64,000 bases of DNA, from NCBI GenBank assembly GCA_031285625.1, contig JAITVV010000048.1, positions 1 to 64,000 on the forward strand, written 5' to 3'. Made by a program: the position numbers and the translations under genes. The stretch's first letter is position 1, and every line of letters begins with the position of its first letter. Below are positions 53,012 through 63,115 of the stretch, piece by piece. This DNA comes from Prevotella sp. Its GTDB lineage: Bacteria > Bacteroidota > Bacteroidia > Bacteroidales > Dysgonomonadaceae. The notes under the pieces are model-generated. The model saw only the letters and a program-made list of their open reading frames with translations. It searched no databases and was not told the DNA's origin.

Positions 53012-54340
53012 ATGAATTGGCAACAGCTCTTATCAGCAAAACGTTTTGGGATGGAACAGTATCATGATGACAAACAACATGACCGTACTGATTTTCAGAG
53101 GGATTATGACCGATTGATTTTTTCATCCCCTTTTCGCCGGCTCCAAAACAAGACTCAGGTATTTCCTTTACCTGTTAGTATTTTTGTTCACAACAGATTA
53201 ACACATAGCATAGAAGTATCATGTGTGGGACGCTCTTTAGGGGTGGTGGTTGGCCGCGAATTAAGACGTAAATATCCTGATTCCACAGCTGACTTTGAAG
53301 AGATAAGCTCTATTATTGCTGCAGGATGTTTAGCTCATGATCTGGGAAATCCACCATTCGGTCATTCCGGAGAGACAGCAATATCAAGTTATTTCTCGGA
53401 AGGAAAAGGGAAACATCTGGAGAAAAAAATAAGAGAGGAAGGTAAGCGTTGGGAAGATTTTACCAATTTTGAGGGGAATGCTAATTCAATCCGTTTACTG
53501 ATCCATCAGTTTAACGGACGTCGTAAAGGCGGATTTGTGATGACTTATTCGATGCTGGCTTCCATAATCAAATATCCATATTCATCAGTTGCAGCAAATG
53601 GTAAAGGGAAATTCGGTTTTTTTGAATCGGAAGAGAATGATATCAGACAGATTGCAAACGAGTTGGGAATGCATTGCATCCAGAAAACCCCATTGAAATA
53701 TTCAAGACATCCACTGGTTTATCTTGTAGAAGCAGCAGATGATATTTGTTATAAAATAATGGATATAGAGGATGCTCATAAATTAGGTTTACTCACTACC
53801 GATCAGACAAAGGAACTGTTTCTTGACTTCTTTGATAAAGAGAGGCAAGAGAAGATGCAAAAAACAATGCTGGTTGTGAGTGATATTAATGAGCAAATTG
53901 CTTATCTGCGTTCCAGTGTTATAGGACTACTTGTAAACGAATGTGCAGAAGTATTTATCAATAACGAACCTGCCATCCTGGATGGAAAGTTTGAAAGTTC
54001 ATTAATCAAGCACATTTCAAGTTTACCGGATAAAGCTTATCGTGCAGCAACGGATATCAGCTACAAAAAGATATATAAAACAAAAGATGTGGTAGATATT
54101 GAATTAGCCGGACACCGTATTATAGGTTTTCTACTAGATACATTTATAACAGCAATAGAGAATCCTGATGCAAAATACTCACAATTGATACTTAGCCGCA
54201 TTCCCGAGCAATATGAAAAAGATGCTCCTTCTCTTTATCAGCGTATCTTATCTATACTGGATTTTGTTTCGGGTATGACAGATGTTTATGCCCTTGATTT
54301 GTATCGCAAGATTACAGGCATAAGTTTACCTACTATTTAA
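53012..54340 (+). CDS. dgt: Deoxyguanosinetriphosphate triphosphohydrolase
   Basis: FRRLQNKTQVFP, HNRLTHS.EV, AHDLGNPPFGHSGE, EAADDICY, SGMTD.YA. Confidence 0.95.
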   Translation: MNWQQLLSAKRFGMEQYHDDKQHDRTDFQRDYDRLIFSSPFRRLQNKTQVFPLPVSIFVHNRLTHSIEVSCVGRSLGVVVGRELRRKYPDSTADFEEISSIIAAGCLAHDLGNPPFGHSGETAISSYFSEGKGKHLEKKIREEGKRWEDFTNFEGNANSIRLLIHQFNGRRKGGFVMTYSMLASIIKYPYSSVAANGKGKFGFFESEENDIRQIANELGMHCIQKTPLKYSRHPLVYLVEAADDICYKIMDIEDAHKLGLLTTDQTKELFLDFFDKERQEKMQKTMLVVSDINEQIAYLRSSVIGLLVNECAEVFINNEPAILDGKFESSLIKHISSLPDKAYRAATDISYKKIYKTKDVVDIELAGHRIIGFLLDTFITAIENPDAKYSQLILSRIPEQYEKDAPSLYQRILSILDFVSGMTDVYALDLYRKITGISLPTI

Positions 54341-55121
54341 TTTCGTTATATAAAAATAATGTATTTTTAAGTTGTAAATCATAAATGAAAATGTCATTTT
54401 TTGACAAAATACTTGCCTCATAACAATTTAATAGATATATTTGCATTTGACAAGACAACAAGAACAACAATATCTAGACGAGACAGAATGCGGAATAAAC
54501 GCCTTTTAGGGTTGAACACACTATCTTTTCAAGAAAATATTATAATCAATTCTCTAAAGGAATTGGTCATAATTTCTATTTTTATAAAAAAACAAATTTT
54601 ATCAAAAATTGAGAATTTGATAGTTAGATTTATCTTATTAGGAACAAAAAATGAGATTTATAAAAAATTATCCTAACACATTCTTTGTATACATTGCGAA
54701 GCAAATACATTTTGTAATTGGTAAATCAAACAAAGTTGTATTATTTCAGCAGCAAAAAATTAATAAAAATTTTAGTATATCAAAGTATGTTTTATCCTTT
54801 ATCAAGAGAGATAAATATACAAATTCAATGCCTGGAGATGAGTGGAGATGTCATAAACTATTCACATTTGTATTTGTCTTCAATGTTTGTCCCTCCTATT
54901 TTCGTTCTAGAGCTTGTGAAAGTATTGAAAGGAAATCTCAGGTGTTGGATTTGTTTTTAATACAAAAACGTTTAATATAATTATATAAGGCCCTAAGCGT
55001 AAGGTCAGACAACAAGATTACATACTTCTCAACTTGCAACGTTAGAAGTTACATACGATAAAAAGACAACAATAAAGACAACAAGTATATTATATCCACA
55101 AGCTTCAAAGACAAATTGACT

Positions 55122-56387
55122 ATGAAACTAAAACTTTACTTATTACTATGTTTGGGCATATTCTGTTCCAAGCATACAAGTGCTCAAGTGACCATGGGGT
55201 CGAATAATCCACCAGAGGATTTTGCTATATTGCAACTTGACGGAACAAGCCAGGGATTACGTTTATCCAGGCTAGATACTAATCAGAGAGACCAGTTGAC
55301 AAATACATTAGACGCAACAGGAAAACTGACAGCCCGCGGATTGATGATTTTTAATACAGAGACAGGGTCTATTGAATTCTTTGATGGTGCAGACTGGAAA
55401 GGTCTCTCTAAAGCTCCGACCTTTGACAATGGTATTGAAAAAGATGGCGTAACCGGAAATGTTATTTTAGGGGGTAACCTACGTGAGGACACTGAAATAT
55501 CACAAGGTGCAAACAAATTGAATTTTACAACTACTACAGGCCTGTTCACTGTTAATACAGATCTATTACAAATTGGTAGTACAAATGTGACTGCCAGTAA
55601 TGCCAATTTTTCCATCAATAATGGAACTAATGATGTCATTAAAATAACAAAAACTTCTACCGGAAGCCAGATAGATGCTATAGTCGGAACAACAGGATTG
55701 AATGTTAATAATGGCGTATTTACAGCTGCAACAGGGAAAGTAACGATGGCTGGTACCGGAGGCAAACTGTCTTATACTTATCCTGTAGCATCAGGTGCTG
55801 CCGGTGACGCAATCAAGCCAAAAGCAGGAAGGATTATATTTGCTGCTGATACAAAAGGATTGGCCAGATGGGGAGATATAACTCCTTCAACAGAGATTCA
55901 ACCATTTAATATAACCAGAAATCAGGGATATCATGGCACGAATGGTACGCCAAGTAATCAGGATAAAATAACTTCGACGACCACAGAACCTAACCTCACT
56001 TTTCAGGCTATAACAGATCCATTGACATTATCAAAGGGAAGGTGGCTTATAGCTGGAATGGTTTATACATATACATATGCATATGCAACATCAGGTACTG
56101 CTAATAAATTTGTATGGACCAGGATTTGCAGAAATAACAGTGGAACATATTCACCTTTATTTACTACTGCCAACTTGGCCGAGCTTAAGACTGGGACTTC
56201 GACTAATGCCAACTCAGGAGCATATACAGCTATTCAGATAATGTATATACTGAATGTAGAAACAGCAGGGCAATACAGAGTAGAGATGACTACTGCAATG
56301 CCTAACACGACTATGGTTGCAGGGTGGACAGGTACCAGCCAGTTAAGAGCTGTTAAGGTAAGTGACAGAGCCGCAAGTGAGGACTAA
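55122..56387 (+). CDS. Secreted Thr/Gly-rich fibre/adhesin-like protein, paralog 1
   Basis: Signal peptide-AQ; QVT.GS..P..F..LQLDG...GL.L.R...GL.I.NT....EF.DG..W module; LTLSKGRW C-terminal domain. Confidence 0.7.
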   Translation: MKLKLYLLLCLGIFCSKHTSAQVTMGSNNPPEDFAILQLDGTSQGLRLSRLDTNQRDQLTNTLDATGKLTARGLMIFNTETGSIEFFDGADWKGLSKAPTFDNGIEKDGVTGNVILGGNLREDTEISQGANKLNFTTTTGLFTVNTDLLQIGSTNVTASNANFSINNGTNDVIKITKTSTGSQIDAIVGTTGLNVNNGVFTAATGKVTMAGTGGKLSYTYPVASGAAGDAIKPKAGRIIFAADTKGLARWGDITPSTEIQPFNITRNQGYHGTNGTPSNQDKITSTTTEPNLTFQAITDPLTLSKGRWLIAGMVYTYTYAYATSGTANKFVWTRICRNNSGTYSPLFTTANLAELKTGTSTNANSGAYTAIQIMYILNVETAGQYRVEMTTAMPNTTMVAGWTGTSQLRAVKVSDRAASED

Positions 56388-56405
56388 TAATCTTATACAC
56401 AAATT

Positions 56406-57611
56406 ATGAAAGTTATGAATAAATTATATATATATACATTAATTTTATTGTTTACAGTATTTTCTGTGAACGAGACCTTTGCTCAGGTTACTGCCGGGTC
56501 GAATAAAGTTCCTGCCAGCTTTAGTGTACTACAGCTTGACGGTACTACGGGAGGTTTACGCTTACCTCAGATATCAAATAAAAGCCTTATCAATATCAAT
56601 TCCTCATCTTCTGCAGCCAGAAAACTTCTGGCTAGAGGACTTACCATCTATGACACTAACACCGGATGGGTAGAATATTGGAACGGGACAGACTGGGCTC
56701 CTGTATCTCAATCTTTATCAGTAACAAATGGCATAAAGGAATATACAAACTATATCGGTTTAGGAGGTAATCTAGCTGAAGATACGCCTATAAACCTAAA
56801 GACATTTAATCTGAATTTAAAAACAAACTCGACATTAGGCAAATTCATTGTTAATACTAACGTATTACAGATTGATAACAGAAACATCCGCTTTCAGCCA
56901 TCCCGTTTCTCTGTAAACACGAATCTTCTTTCTGTAACAAGTGATGCAATTACTTTAAATCCATATCTAGGTGGTACCGGTATTTACACCCTTAAATCAG
57001 TAAAAACTGATGGAACAGATACTGGAAATTCTATAGTGGTGACAAATAATAATGTGCAAGTAAACGGAGATCTTTCGTACCGAGATAACGGGGACAATCC
57101 TGTAACTGTTGGTCATGCAATGGTTTCTATGGATAATGGTGATGCTTATTGGGCACCATTAAAACCCGAAACCAGTTTTAGATATGGAACATTTCTATCA
57201 AGTGTAAGTATCACAAGAACTTCGACAAGTGATACATATTATACGAATATGACTACAACTCAGATCTCAGATACTCCTCTAACATTAACTCCAGGAAAAT
57301 GGATGATATTTGCTTCTTATGCCACTACTTCTACAGGCACTGCAGCTCAGAATGTAAACTATGTCTGGACATATTTGTATAAGCAGCCAACGAGTGGAGG
57401 AACAAAAGAATTAGTGACTGTTATGGGAAAGCCAACATCTTCGAATGATGCAAGCAGGACAACATTTCCCAATCTTGTATATGTTGTAGATGTTACGGAA
57501 GAAACAAATTTTACTCTCGAAAGCGGAACAAGGAATTATACTACATCTTTATCTTATAGCTATGATGCACCTTCATTCTTCGCAATGTCGATCATTGAAG
57601 CAGGTAAATAA
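56406..57611 (+). CDS. Secreted fibre/adhesin-like protein, paralog 2
   Basis: Same N-terminal module; LGGNL..T; LTLTPGKWMIF. Confidence 0.7.
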   Translation: MKVMNKLYIYTLILLFTVFSVNETFAQVTAGSNKVPASFSVLQLDGTTGGLRLPQISNKSLININSSSSAARKLLARGLTIYDTNTGWVEYWNGTDWAPVSQSLSVTNGIKEYTNYIGLGGNLAEDTPINLKTFNLNLKTNSTLGKFIVNTNVLQIDNRNIRFQPSRFSVNTNLLSVTSDAITLNPYLGGTGIYTLKSVKTDGTDTGNSIVVTNNNVQVNGDLSYRDNGDNPVTVGHAMVSMDNGDAYWAPLKPETSFRYGTFLSSVSITRTSTSDTYYTNMTTTQISDTPLTLTPGKWMIFASYATTSTGTAAQNVNYVWTYLYKQPTSGGTKELVTVMGKPTSSNDASRTTFPNLVYVVDVTEETNFTLESGTRNYTTSLSYSYDAPSFFAMSIIEAGK

Positions 57612-57631
57612 TAATACAAAATAAAATAATC

Positions 57632-58843
57632 ATGAAATATAATATATATATACTGAGCATATTATTTACATTCCTATGTGTAAATAAATCATATAGTCAG
57701 ATTACAATAGGATCAGATATAGAACCTGCAAGTTTTTCCCTTGTTCAGGTAGAGGGTAGTGATGGAGGAGTACATTTACCGCGGATGACATCAAGTGAGA
57801 TGACCACACTCGGTGCATCGATGATAGGTAATAGCGAATCACAAGCACTCGTTGTATACAATACATCTGATAACAGAATGGAATTCTGGGATGGCAGTGT
57901 ATGGGTACCTCTAACAGCCACAAGTATATCAGGTAGCAATGCAATCACAAGTGTAGTTACGCCACAAGGGTTAAAGCTGGGTGGGGATTTAACGAAAACA
58001 ACAGAAATTGACATGAAGGATTTCAACTTTAGCTTCAAATATAATACAGGTACATCCGAACAGCTTTCGATAGGATCTGTTAAAGTAAAAAATGATGAAG
58101 TTGATCTTACTATCCCTGCAACAGGTGCTTTTACAGTTAATACCAACGCTCTGAATGTGAATTCATCCAATCGAAATATTGGTATGGCAGCCGAAAAGGT
58201 TACTGTAAATCAGGATCTTTTAACTATAGAAGATGCTAGTGTAGCAGGAACAGGAGTAAAAGGTACCTTAAATTACCCGCATTCATCAAAAGGCTCCGGT
58301 TATTTACTGGTAAGCGATGATACAAATGGAAATACTTCCTGGGGTGCTGTCAGACCGATGGGTACAATTGAAACGGGAACATTAAGTGATAATACCTTTT
58401 TCTGGAATGGCAACGATCAAAATATTACGACATCATATCTTAAATTATCACCTGGGCAGTGGATGATATTTGCTAAATATACAGGAAGAATGGTGTCTGC
58501 AACTGCCTTAATGTACCAATGGCTACAATTAGAAAAAACTACCACTAACCCTAACAGTGGAAGTCCAACATGGACATCATTAGGACGAGGAGGAGCCAAC
58601 CCTGAGTTAATAACAACAGGAAGTACTTCAACTTTTTTGTATTGTACACCATCTTATAGTCGTATGGTCAATATAACAGAAACTACTTATTACAGGGTGG
58701 TTGCAATGACTAGTAATCCTCGAAATACTACAAGTACTAATACAACGACTATGCAGCGTAATACAAGAACAGTCCCTGATTTTGGAGGTTCATATTTCTA
58801 TGCTGTCAGAATAGATGTGGAAGATCCTTCAAATCCATATTAA
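57632..58843 (+). CDS. Secreted fibre/adhesin-like protein, paralog 3
   Basis: Same N-terminal module; LGGDL...T; LKLSPGQWMIF. Confidence 0.7.
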   Translation: MKYNIYILSILFTFLCVNKSYSQITIGSDIEPASFSLVQVEGSDGGVHLPRMTSSEMTTLGASMIGNSESQALVVYNTSDNRMEFWDGSVWVPLTATSISGSNAITSVVTPQGLKLGGDLTKTTEIDMKDFNFSFKYNTGTSEQLSIGSVKVKNDEVDLTIPATGAFTVNTNALNVNSSNRNIGMAAEKVTVNQDLLTIEDASVAGTGVKGTLNYPHSSKGSGYLLVSDDTNGNTSWGAVRPMGTIETGTLSDNTFFWNGNDQNITTSYLKLSPGQWMIFAKYTGRMVSATALMYQWLQLEKTTTNPNSGSPTWTSLGRGGANPELITTGSTSTFLYCTPSYSRMVNITETTYYRVVAMTSNPRNTTSTNTTTMQRNTRTVPDFGGSYFYAVRIDVEDPSNPY

Positions 58844-58864
58844 TTTGATTATAATCTCGATATC

Positions 58865-58900
58865 TAAGCCTAATCAGAATTGATTAGGCTTATTTTATTT
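58865..58900 (+). terminator. Terminator of the three-paralog operon
   Basis: taagcctaatca-gaat-tgattaggctta-tttt. Confidence 0.85.
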
Positions 58901-58932
58901 TCTATATTTGTTTATTATAGAGACCATCAAAT

Positions 58933-59694
58933 ATGAGACAAACAATATTCATAATACTACTATTTACATGCTTAGTCGTATGTCAATCACAAACCAATTA
59001 CCCGGTTGGAGTTCAGAGACTATTAGAAGCATATTCATCTAGTATAACAGGATACGATGGAACTTCCATAATACTGAGAGATGGCAGTAAAATAGCTTAT
59101 TCAGAGGGAGAAAATAAGTCTCATAATGAACTGATGAATAGTAATGACATAGGAGATATATTCACTTATCCATATATAAAGGGAGAAGTTAAACATATAC
59201 CGAAGAATTATGATCCGGGACGTATTCGAAATGAAGAATTATTAAAAAAGATGTATGGTTCTACTTCTGCAGAAGTTCAGAAAAGTTTGGTTACAATTAT
59301 TTGGTGTCCAAAACTTGTGAACCAAAAATTAAGGATTACAAATATCAATGGTGTTGCAGAACAATTACAGAAAATCTCAAAAGAGTTAGACAAACATCCT
59401 GAGCTAAGAGATTATTTATATAGTGCCGGAACATTTAACTGGCGCAAAGTCAGAGGAACAGACAGACTAAGTTCTCATAGTTTTGGTACAGCTATCGATC
59501 TGAATGTAAAATACTCTAATTATTGGCAATGGGACTGTCGCTGCACATCTGAAGATACTGATTTAGAGTATAAAAATAAAATACCGCAACTAATAGTAGA
59601 TATTTTTGAAAAGTACGGTTTTATATGGGGCGGAAAATGGTATCATTACGACACTATGCATTTTGAATACAGACCCGAATTATTAGTAAATTAG
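58933..59694 (+). CDS. M15-family D-Ala-D-Ala/L-Ala-D-Glu metallopeptidase
   Basis: FNWR..., SSHSFGTAIDLN, WGGKWYHYDTMHFEYRPE. Confidence 0.92.
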   Translation: MRQTIFIILLFTCLVVCQSQTNYPVGVQRLLEAYSSSITGYDGTSIILRDGSKIAYSEGENKSHNELMNSNDIGDIFTYPYIKGEVKHIPKNYDPGRIRNEELLKKMYGSTSAEVQKSLVTIIWCPKLVNQKLRITNINGVAEQLQKISKELDKHPELRDYLYSAGTFNWRKVRGTDRLSSHSFGTAIDLNVKYSNYWQWDCRCTSEDTDLEYKNKIPQLIVDIFEKYGFIWGGKWYHYDTMHFEYRPELLVN

Positions 59695-59768
59695 AAGCCC
59701 TTTTCTATTTAATAAAAATTGTCTTTCCTGTAATATTTTGTAGCTTTGTTTGTCCAAAAATCAAAGCC

Positions 59769-61628
59769 ATGAAAAAACTGATCGTATTAACTTTCTTCCT
59801 CATCTCATTTTTTACTTTATATGCCCAACAAGTACTTTTTCCCAGAGAAGAAAACACATGCAGGATAATGTCGTATAACATTAGGAATGCAAGAGGGCTC
59901 GATGAAATAACTAATTATCAACGGATAGCAAATATTATAGAGAAAGTTTCTCCCGATGTTATTGCTTTACAGGAACTGGATAGTGTAACACAACGAAGCA
60001 ATAAGGCTGATGTATTGAAACAACTAGCCGACATCACCAGAATGCATGCGATATATGGTGCTGCTATACCTTTTCAGGGAGGTAAATATGGTATTGGCAT
60101 CCTTTCCAAAAAACGTCCTTTATCATGGAAAAACATTCCTCTTCCGGGACGGGAAGAAGTACGGGCACTGCTCATGGTCGAATTTGATAAATATATTGTT
60201 TTTGCTACCCATTTTTCGCTTACATCAGAAGATCGTATAACATCAATAAAGATAATAAATGAGCTGGCAAATCATTCTGATAAACCGGTATTCTTAGCTG
60301 GAGACCTCAATGCAGAACCAGATTCATCCGAGATAAAGACATTAGCTACGAATTGGAAAATTCTGAATAATACTAAAGATGCGACCTTCCCGGCAAATAA
60401 TCCTGTAAATAAAATAGATTATATTATGGGATATGCAAAAGGAGGTAAGACTTACTCGGTGCATCAGGCCAAGGTTGTGGATGAGCCTGTAGCGTCGGAT
60501 CACAGGCCATTATTTGTAGATGTACGATTAAGTACAAGCGAAGATAAAGTAATGCGTACACAGCCATATCTGCAAAATCCGTCCACAGATGCAATGACTA
60601 TAATGTGGATGACAAATGTGCCTTGCCGTAGTTGGGTCGAATATGGGACAGATAGCACTAACATGCAGCGTGCACGTACATTTGTGGAAGGGGAAGCTAT
60701 GGCAAATAATACTATTAATCGTATCCGGCTGGAAGGACTTAAACCCGGTACAAAATACTACTACCGTGCTGTATCACAGGAAATAACTCTTTATCAACCA
60801 TACAAGAAAGAATTCGGAGATACTGTACGCACAACTTTATCTTCCTTTACAACATGGAATGATAATCTAAAAGATTTTACAGCTCTGGTATTTAATGATC
60901 TTCATGACAATTATGATCTTTTTGATAAGTTATATGCCCAGGTAAAAGATAAAAAGATTGATGTTATTATATTTAATGGTGATTGCATTGCAGATGTACA
61001 AAGTGAGGATGTTGCCGTAAAGAGCATTTCTCATTACTGTGAGGTAGCTGGCGGAAATAATATACCAACAATCTTTATCAGAGGAAATCATGAGACAAGA
61101 GGAGCATACTCGATGTTTTTATGGAATCTGCTGGAGAAAAAAGGAGGAACACATACTTATGGTGCGTTTAATCTGGGAGATACACGTTTTGTTTTGCTTG
61201 ACTGCGGAGAAGACAAGCCGGATGATCACTGGGTATATTATGATATGAATGACTTTACCCATTACCGCCAGGAGCAGGCTGACTTCCTGCGAAAGGAGTT
61301 GGCTTCCTCTGAATTCAAAACGGCTAATAAACGCATCCTTATTCACCATATACCTCTCTTCGGGAAAAATATGGATGAGTATAATCCGTGTAAAGACTTC
61401 TGGGAACCGATACTGGCAAACGCTAAGTTTGACGTTTCGCTGAATGCACATACTCATGAGTTTGAATACATTCCAACCGGGAAGGAGCAAAATAACTACC
61501 CGGTAATGATAGGTGGAGGTCCTAGTGAGAAAAGTGGCGTAGTTACTGTTTTGGAAAAAAAAGGGAATAGCATGACTCTCACTGCTATAAATGTAAATGG
61601 AGCGGAAGTACTAAAGCTTGATTTGTAA
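59769..61628 (+). CDS. Fused EEP-family phosphatase + FN3 + calcineurin-like metallophosphoesterase
   Basis: SYNI, LQE, GDLN, IDY, SDH (EEP); DLH, NGD, RGNHE, HH.P, AHTH (MPP). Confidence 0.9.
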   Translation: MKKLIVLTFFLISFFTLYAQQVLFPREENTCRIMSYNIRNARGLDEITNYQRIANIIEKVSPDVIALQELDSVTQRSNKADVLKQLADITRMHAIYGAAIPFQGGKYGIGILSKKRPLSWKNIPLPGREEVRALLMVEFDKYIVFATHFSLTSEDRITSIKIINELANHSDKPVFLAGDLNAEPDSSEIKTLATNWKILNNTKDATFPANNPVNKIDYIMGYAKGGKTYSVHQAKVVDEPVASDHRPLFVDVRLSTSEDKVMRTQPYLQNPSTDAMTIMWMTNVPCRSWVEYGTDSTNMQRARTFVEGEAMANNTINRIRLEGLKPGTKYYYRAVSQEITLYQPYKKEFGDTVRTTLSSFTTWNDNLKDFTALVFNDLHDNYDLFDKLYAQVKDKKIDVIIFNGDCIADVQSEDVAVKSISHYCEVAGGNNIPTIFIRGNHETRGAYSMFLWNLLEKKGGTHTYGAFNLGDTRFVLLDCGEDKPDDHWVYYDMNDFTHYRQEQADFLRKELASSEFKTANKRILIHHIPLFGKNMDEYNPCKDFWEPILANAKFDVSLNAHTHEFEYIPTGKEQNNYPVMIGGGPSEKSGVVTVLEKKGNSMTLTAINVNGAEVLKLDL

Positions 61629-61752
61629 AGCCTTCAATCTCTGCTTATCTTTCATATTTCACAAAAATATTTTTCGGACAAAATATACTATTATATTTCT
61701 TTTTAGTTTTTTTGGTATAAATTTTGTTGCTGTTCATTCTATACACTTCATT

Positions 61753-62883
61753 ATGAAACAGAAAACAAAAACAAGACTAAAAAAAACTATGTTAATAGCT
61801 ATATCTATCATTGGCATTCTAATCATTGCCGGAATCATATTCTTAAACTCACCTAGATTTGGAAAGACTCCGTCCGGCGATCGACTGGAAAGGGTGAAGA
61901 GCTCGCCTAACTACAGGGAAGGTAAATTTCAAAACCAGAGCTATACAATTCAATTAACCGGTGATAAGAATATGTTTCTTACAGGTTTAGATTTTCTATT
62001 CGGAAAAAAAGAGAGGTTAACCCCTACTGTAGCATTACCAACAATAAAAACCGATCTTATAAACTTGAATAGGGAATCTGATATTTTAGTTTGGTTTGGT
62101 CATTCATCTTATTTTATGCAAATTGATGGTAAACGAATCCTTGTAGATCCGGTATTCAGCGATGTATCACCTGTTTCTTTTATAAATAAACCGTTCAAAG
62201 GTACCGATATCTATAAACCAACCGACATGCCTGATATCGATTATCTGTTTATATCCCATGATCACTGGGATCATCTGGATTATAATACAGTTATGGAGCT
62301 AAAAGATAGAACAAGTAAGATCATTTGTGGTTTAGGTGTTGGCGAACATTTCGAACATTGGGGTTTCGACAAGAATAAAGTAATTGAATTAGATTGGAAT
62401 GCAGTCTCTACCCTGGATGAAGGATTTAGTACATACTGTCTTCCCACCCGTCATTTCTCCGGCAGAGGATTATCCCCGAACCAATCACTCTGGGCATCGT
62501 TCTTATTACAAACTCCCACAATGAAAATATATATTGGTGGCGATAGCGGATATGATGCTCATTTTGCAAAAATAGGCGAACAATTTGCAGAAATAGATTT
62601 AGCTATATTGGAAAATGGACAATATAATCAGGATTGGAAATATATTCATATGATGCCCGAAGAGGTAATACAGGCCGCAAAAGACCTACATGCTAAAACT
62701 CTACTTCCTGTTCATTCTTCTAAGTTTGCTCTTGGGTATCACTCTTGGGACGAACCTCTGAAAAGAATTACTGAAGCAAACAAGAAAGAAAACCTGCGTT
62801 TACAGACACCTATGATTGGAGAAATCGTAAATTTGAAGGATAGCACACAAACCTTTAAAGAATGGTGGGCTGGTATTGATTAA
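61753..62883 (+). CDS. MBL-fold metallohydrolase (RomA/NAPE-PLD-like)
   Basis: WFGHSS, DPVFS, SHDHWDHLD, RHFSGR, GDSGY, IHM.PEE. Confidence 0.92.
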   Translation: MKQKTKTRLKKTMLIAISIIGILIIAGIIFLNSPRFGKTPSGDRLERVKSSPNYREGKFQNQSYTIQLTGDKNMFLTGLDFLFGKKERLTPTVALPTIKTDLINLNRESDILVWFGHSSYFMQIDGKRILVDPVFSDVSPVSFINKPFKGTDIYKPTDMPDIDYLFISHDHWDHLDYNTVMELKDRTSKIICGLGVGEHFEHWGFDKNKVIELDWNAVSTLDEGFSTYCLPTRHFSGRGLSPNQSLWASFLLQTPTMKIYIGGDSGYDAHFAKIGEQFAEIDLAILENGQYNQDWKYIHMMPEEVIQAAKDLHAKTLLPVHSSKFALGYHSWDEPLKRITEANKKENLRLQTPMIGEIVNLKDSTQTFKEWWAGID

Positions 62884-62904
62884 TACACGAGATAATATAA
62901 ATGC

Positions 62905-62968
62905 AAAAAGGTCCCGATATCACATCGTAGACCTCTTCAACCTTAACACAAACTTTACAAAACTACAT
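62905..62968 (-). ncRNA. Candidate small RNA, paralogous family copy 3
   Basis: Minus strand AUGUAGUUUUGUAAAGUUUGUGUUAAGG + AGGUCUACGAU-GUGA-UAUCGGGACCU-UUUU; both flanking genes are on +; AAAC-N17-GTTATA at 62998-62972. Confidence 0.72.
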
Positions 62969-63115
62969 ATATATAACGCCTGTTTCCTGAAATTGTTTTA
63001 TCAAAACCACCAATTTATTACTAAATAAGGATTATTTTTGCTAAAAAGTGTTTATCTTACTCTATTGATAAAACTCAAGTTGTATATATTCGCATGACAT
63101 CTTACTTTTAAAACG

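Noticed and set aside
52988-54340. dGTPase as an anti-phage defence system
   Set aside because: Looks like the ordinary Bacteroidetes housekeeping dgt, with no defence-island context.
54401-54980. Three short ORFs upstream of the fibre operon
   Set aside because: Overlapping, low-complexity AT-rich translations with no motifs; likely spurious.
55122-58843. Diversity-generating retroelement or shufflon acting on the fibre tips
   Set aside because: No reverse transcriptase, template repeat, invertase or inverted recombination sites seen; the paralogs are diverged throughout.
682-61490. Numerous antisense or nested ORFs in the track (e.g. 5801-6229, 9114-9521, 37654-38064, 55283-55765)
   Set aside because: Shadows of well-supported genes in other frames or on the opposite strand.
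27047-62967. The ~27-nt repeated core as CRISPR repeats
   Set aside because: Copies are 12-24 kb apart in mixed orientation, with no spacer array and no cas genes.
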